Of a DNA stretch of 42,820 nt, positions 41,666-42,820 are shown piece by piece (the first letter of the stretch is position 1; every line of letters starts with the position of its first letter). Origin of the DNA: Clostridia bacterium. Lineage in GTDB: Bacteria > Bacillota > Clostridia > Oscillospirales > Acutalibacteraceae. Where the stretch lies: positions 1 to 42,820 of the forward strand of contig JAGBTL010000210.1 of NCBI GenBank assembly GCA_017631355.1, read 5' to 3'. A model generated the notes under the pieces. That model was not told where the DNA came from. It made no database searches and saw nothing but the letters and a program-made list of their open reading frames with translations. The position numbers were made by a program, and so were the translations under genes.

Positions 41666-42820
41666 ACGTAGCTATTACACCTTCTGTTGCCAAAGGCTCT
41701 GTAACACCGCCACCCTCAAAGAGCTACGCTCACAGGCTCCTTGTCTGTGCAGCACTTTCAAGAGGCGAAAGCATTATTGAAAATATCGGCACTAACGATG
41801 ATATTCTCGCAACGGCTGATTGTCTGCGAAATATGGGTGCAGATATAAAGCTTGACGGCACAACTGCTACTGTTAAAGGTATCGGACTAAATAAAATGGC
41901 AGATAGAATAAGCCTTTTCTGTAACGAAAGCGGAAGCACCTTGCGTTTCCTTATTCCGTTGTCGCTTGTTTTTTCAAAAAAGGCAACGTTCAGCGGCAAG
42001 GGCAGACTTATGGAGCGTCCACAGACAGTTTATGAGGAGCTTTTTACAGCAAAGGGCTGCTCTGTTGAAAAATCAGACGGCAAAATGACAGTAAGCGGTC
42101 AGCTTCACAGCGGTTTGTATGAGGTTGCAGGGGATGTAAGCAGTCAGTTTATAACAGGCTTGCTTTTTGCCTTGCCCCTGCTTTCAGGCGATAGTGAAAT
42201 TCACCTTACAACACCCTTACAGAGCGCACCGTATATTGATATTACCATTGACGTGCTTTCACGCTTTGGTGTTGAAGTTAAAGCTACCGATTACGGCTAT
42301 TTTATAAAGGGCTTACAGACCTACACCGCCCACAACGAGGTGTGCGAGGGCGACTGGTCAAATGCCGCGTTCCTTGATGGCTTTAACCTTGCAGGCGGTA
42401 GCGTTGAGCTTGAAAATATGAGCCTTGAAAGTAAGCAGGGGGATATGATTTATAGGGATTATTTCCGTCAGCTCAATGATGGCGCGCCTGTGCTTGATAT
42501 AACCCAATGCCCCGATTTGGGTCCCGTTCTTATTGCTTGTGCAGTCCTTAAAAATGGTGCAAGGCTTATAGGCACAAATCGCCTTAAAATCAAGGAGAGC
42601 GACAGGGGACAGGCTATGGCACAGGAGCTTTTAAAGCTCGGTGTTGATCTGGAAAACGGTGATGATTATATAATCATTCCCAAGTGTGAAATTAAAGCGT
42701 CAACAGAAAATATTTACTGTCACAATGACCACCGTATTGCTATGAGCTTTGCTCTGCTTTGTAGTGTTGTAGGTGGCACTTTAGAGGGCGCAGAATGCGT
42801 AAACAAAAGCTATCCCGAGT
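41662..42820 (+). CDS. aroA: 3-phosphoshikimate 1-carboxyvinyltransferase (EPSP synthase), 3'-truncated by the window edge
   Basis: Not in the ORF track, because no stop falls inside the window. My own translation from ATG 41662 (overlapping the aroQ TGA) gives MNVAITPSVAKGSVTPPPSKSYAHRLLVCAALS... It contains NESGSTLRFLIP, DVSSQFITGLLFALPL, IKESDRG and NDHRIAMSFAL. Confidence 0.9.
   Translation, partial: MNVAITPSVAKGSVTPPPSKSYAHRLLVCAALSRGESIIENIGTNDDILATADCLRNMGADIKLDGTTATVKGIGLNKMADRISLFCNESGSTLRFLIPLSLVFSKKATFSGKGRLMERPQTVYEELFTAKGCSVEKSDGKMTVSGQLHSGLYEVAGDVSSQFITGLLFALPLLSGDSEIHLTTPLQSAPYIDITIDVLSRFGVEVKATDYGYFIKGLQTYTAHNEVCEGDWSNAAFLDGFNLAGGSVELENMSLESKQGDMIYRDYFRQLNDGAPVLDITQCPDLGPVLIACAVLKNGARLIGTNRLKIKESDRGQAMAQELLKLGVDLENGDDYIIIPKCEIKASTENIYCHNDHRIAMSFALLCSVVGGTLEGAECVNKSYPE

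Noticed and set aside
1-42820. Search for a novel multi-gene system: defence island, toxin-antitoxin, retron, prophage, integrative element or biosynthetic cluster.
   Set aside because: I found no nuclease, helicase, methylase, reverse-transcriptase, integrase, transposase or toxin-like ORFs, no tRNA integration site and no direct-repeat-bounded island. Every sizeable ORF except three or four small membrane or lipoproteins has an ordinary housekeeping assignment. The unusual signals here are non-coding elements and start or recoding oddities, not a gene system.

Overview
This 42.8-kb window reads as core chromosome of a Clostridia-class Firmicute. Ruminococcus/Oscillospiraceae-like is my guess, from a dockerin-bearing LRR protein and the tig-clpP-clpX-lon-engB gene order; I cannot verify it here.

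I can support 36 protein-coding genes, almost all housekeeping:
- A giant LRR/dockerin surface protein (5' end cut by the window) and a class B PBP.
- tcdA-yhaM-DUF2804-prmA, then a D-Ala-D-Ala carboxypeptidase, thrC and a metallophosphoesterase.
- tig, clpP-clpX and lon-engB-metF-metH.
- A minus-strand string: obg-mrnC-lepA-GH36 glycosidase-orphan membrane protein.
- nnrD, nagB, a HAD hydrolase, two lipoproteins and small membrane proteins.
- A long aromatic amino-acid operon: aminotransferase-pheA-aroB-aroC-aroE/aroK-aroQ-aroA, with aroA running off the 3' edge.

I saw no rRNA, tRNA, CRISPR array, transposase, integrase, phage gene, or recognisable defence or toxin gene. I therefore cannot support a multi-gene novel system in this window.

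The signals that ordinary annotation does not explain are mostly non-coding:
1. A 25-codon Phe/Tyr-rich leader ORF plus an intrinsic terminator upstream of the aromatic operon. This looks like a ribosome-mediated attenuator where a T-box would be expected.
2. A nested palindromic repeat family present as a 278-bp long form (4368-4645) and a ~53-bp short form (32558-32610). Both sit at 3' ends of convergent genes, and one stem differs between copies in a way that keeps pairing.
3. A heptamer-repeat (AATGCAR)n + GC-hairpin + TTATAA module at the stop codons of prmA and metH. The metH copy supplies that protein's last codons and is followed by a ~270-nt GC-rich structured orphan region.
4. aroQ has its conserved N-terminal strand encoded upstream of any canonical start codon, overlapping the end of the aroE-aroK fusion.
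5. A cluster of AAATGTTC motifs lies in the obg divergent promoter region.
6. Trigger factor carries a histone-H1-like AKKAPAKK tail.

All calls were made by eye from motifs and base pairing. No database search, HMM or folding calculation was run.
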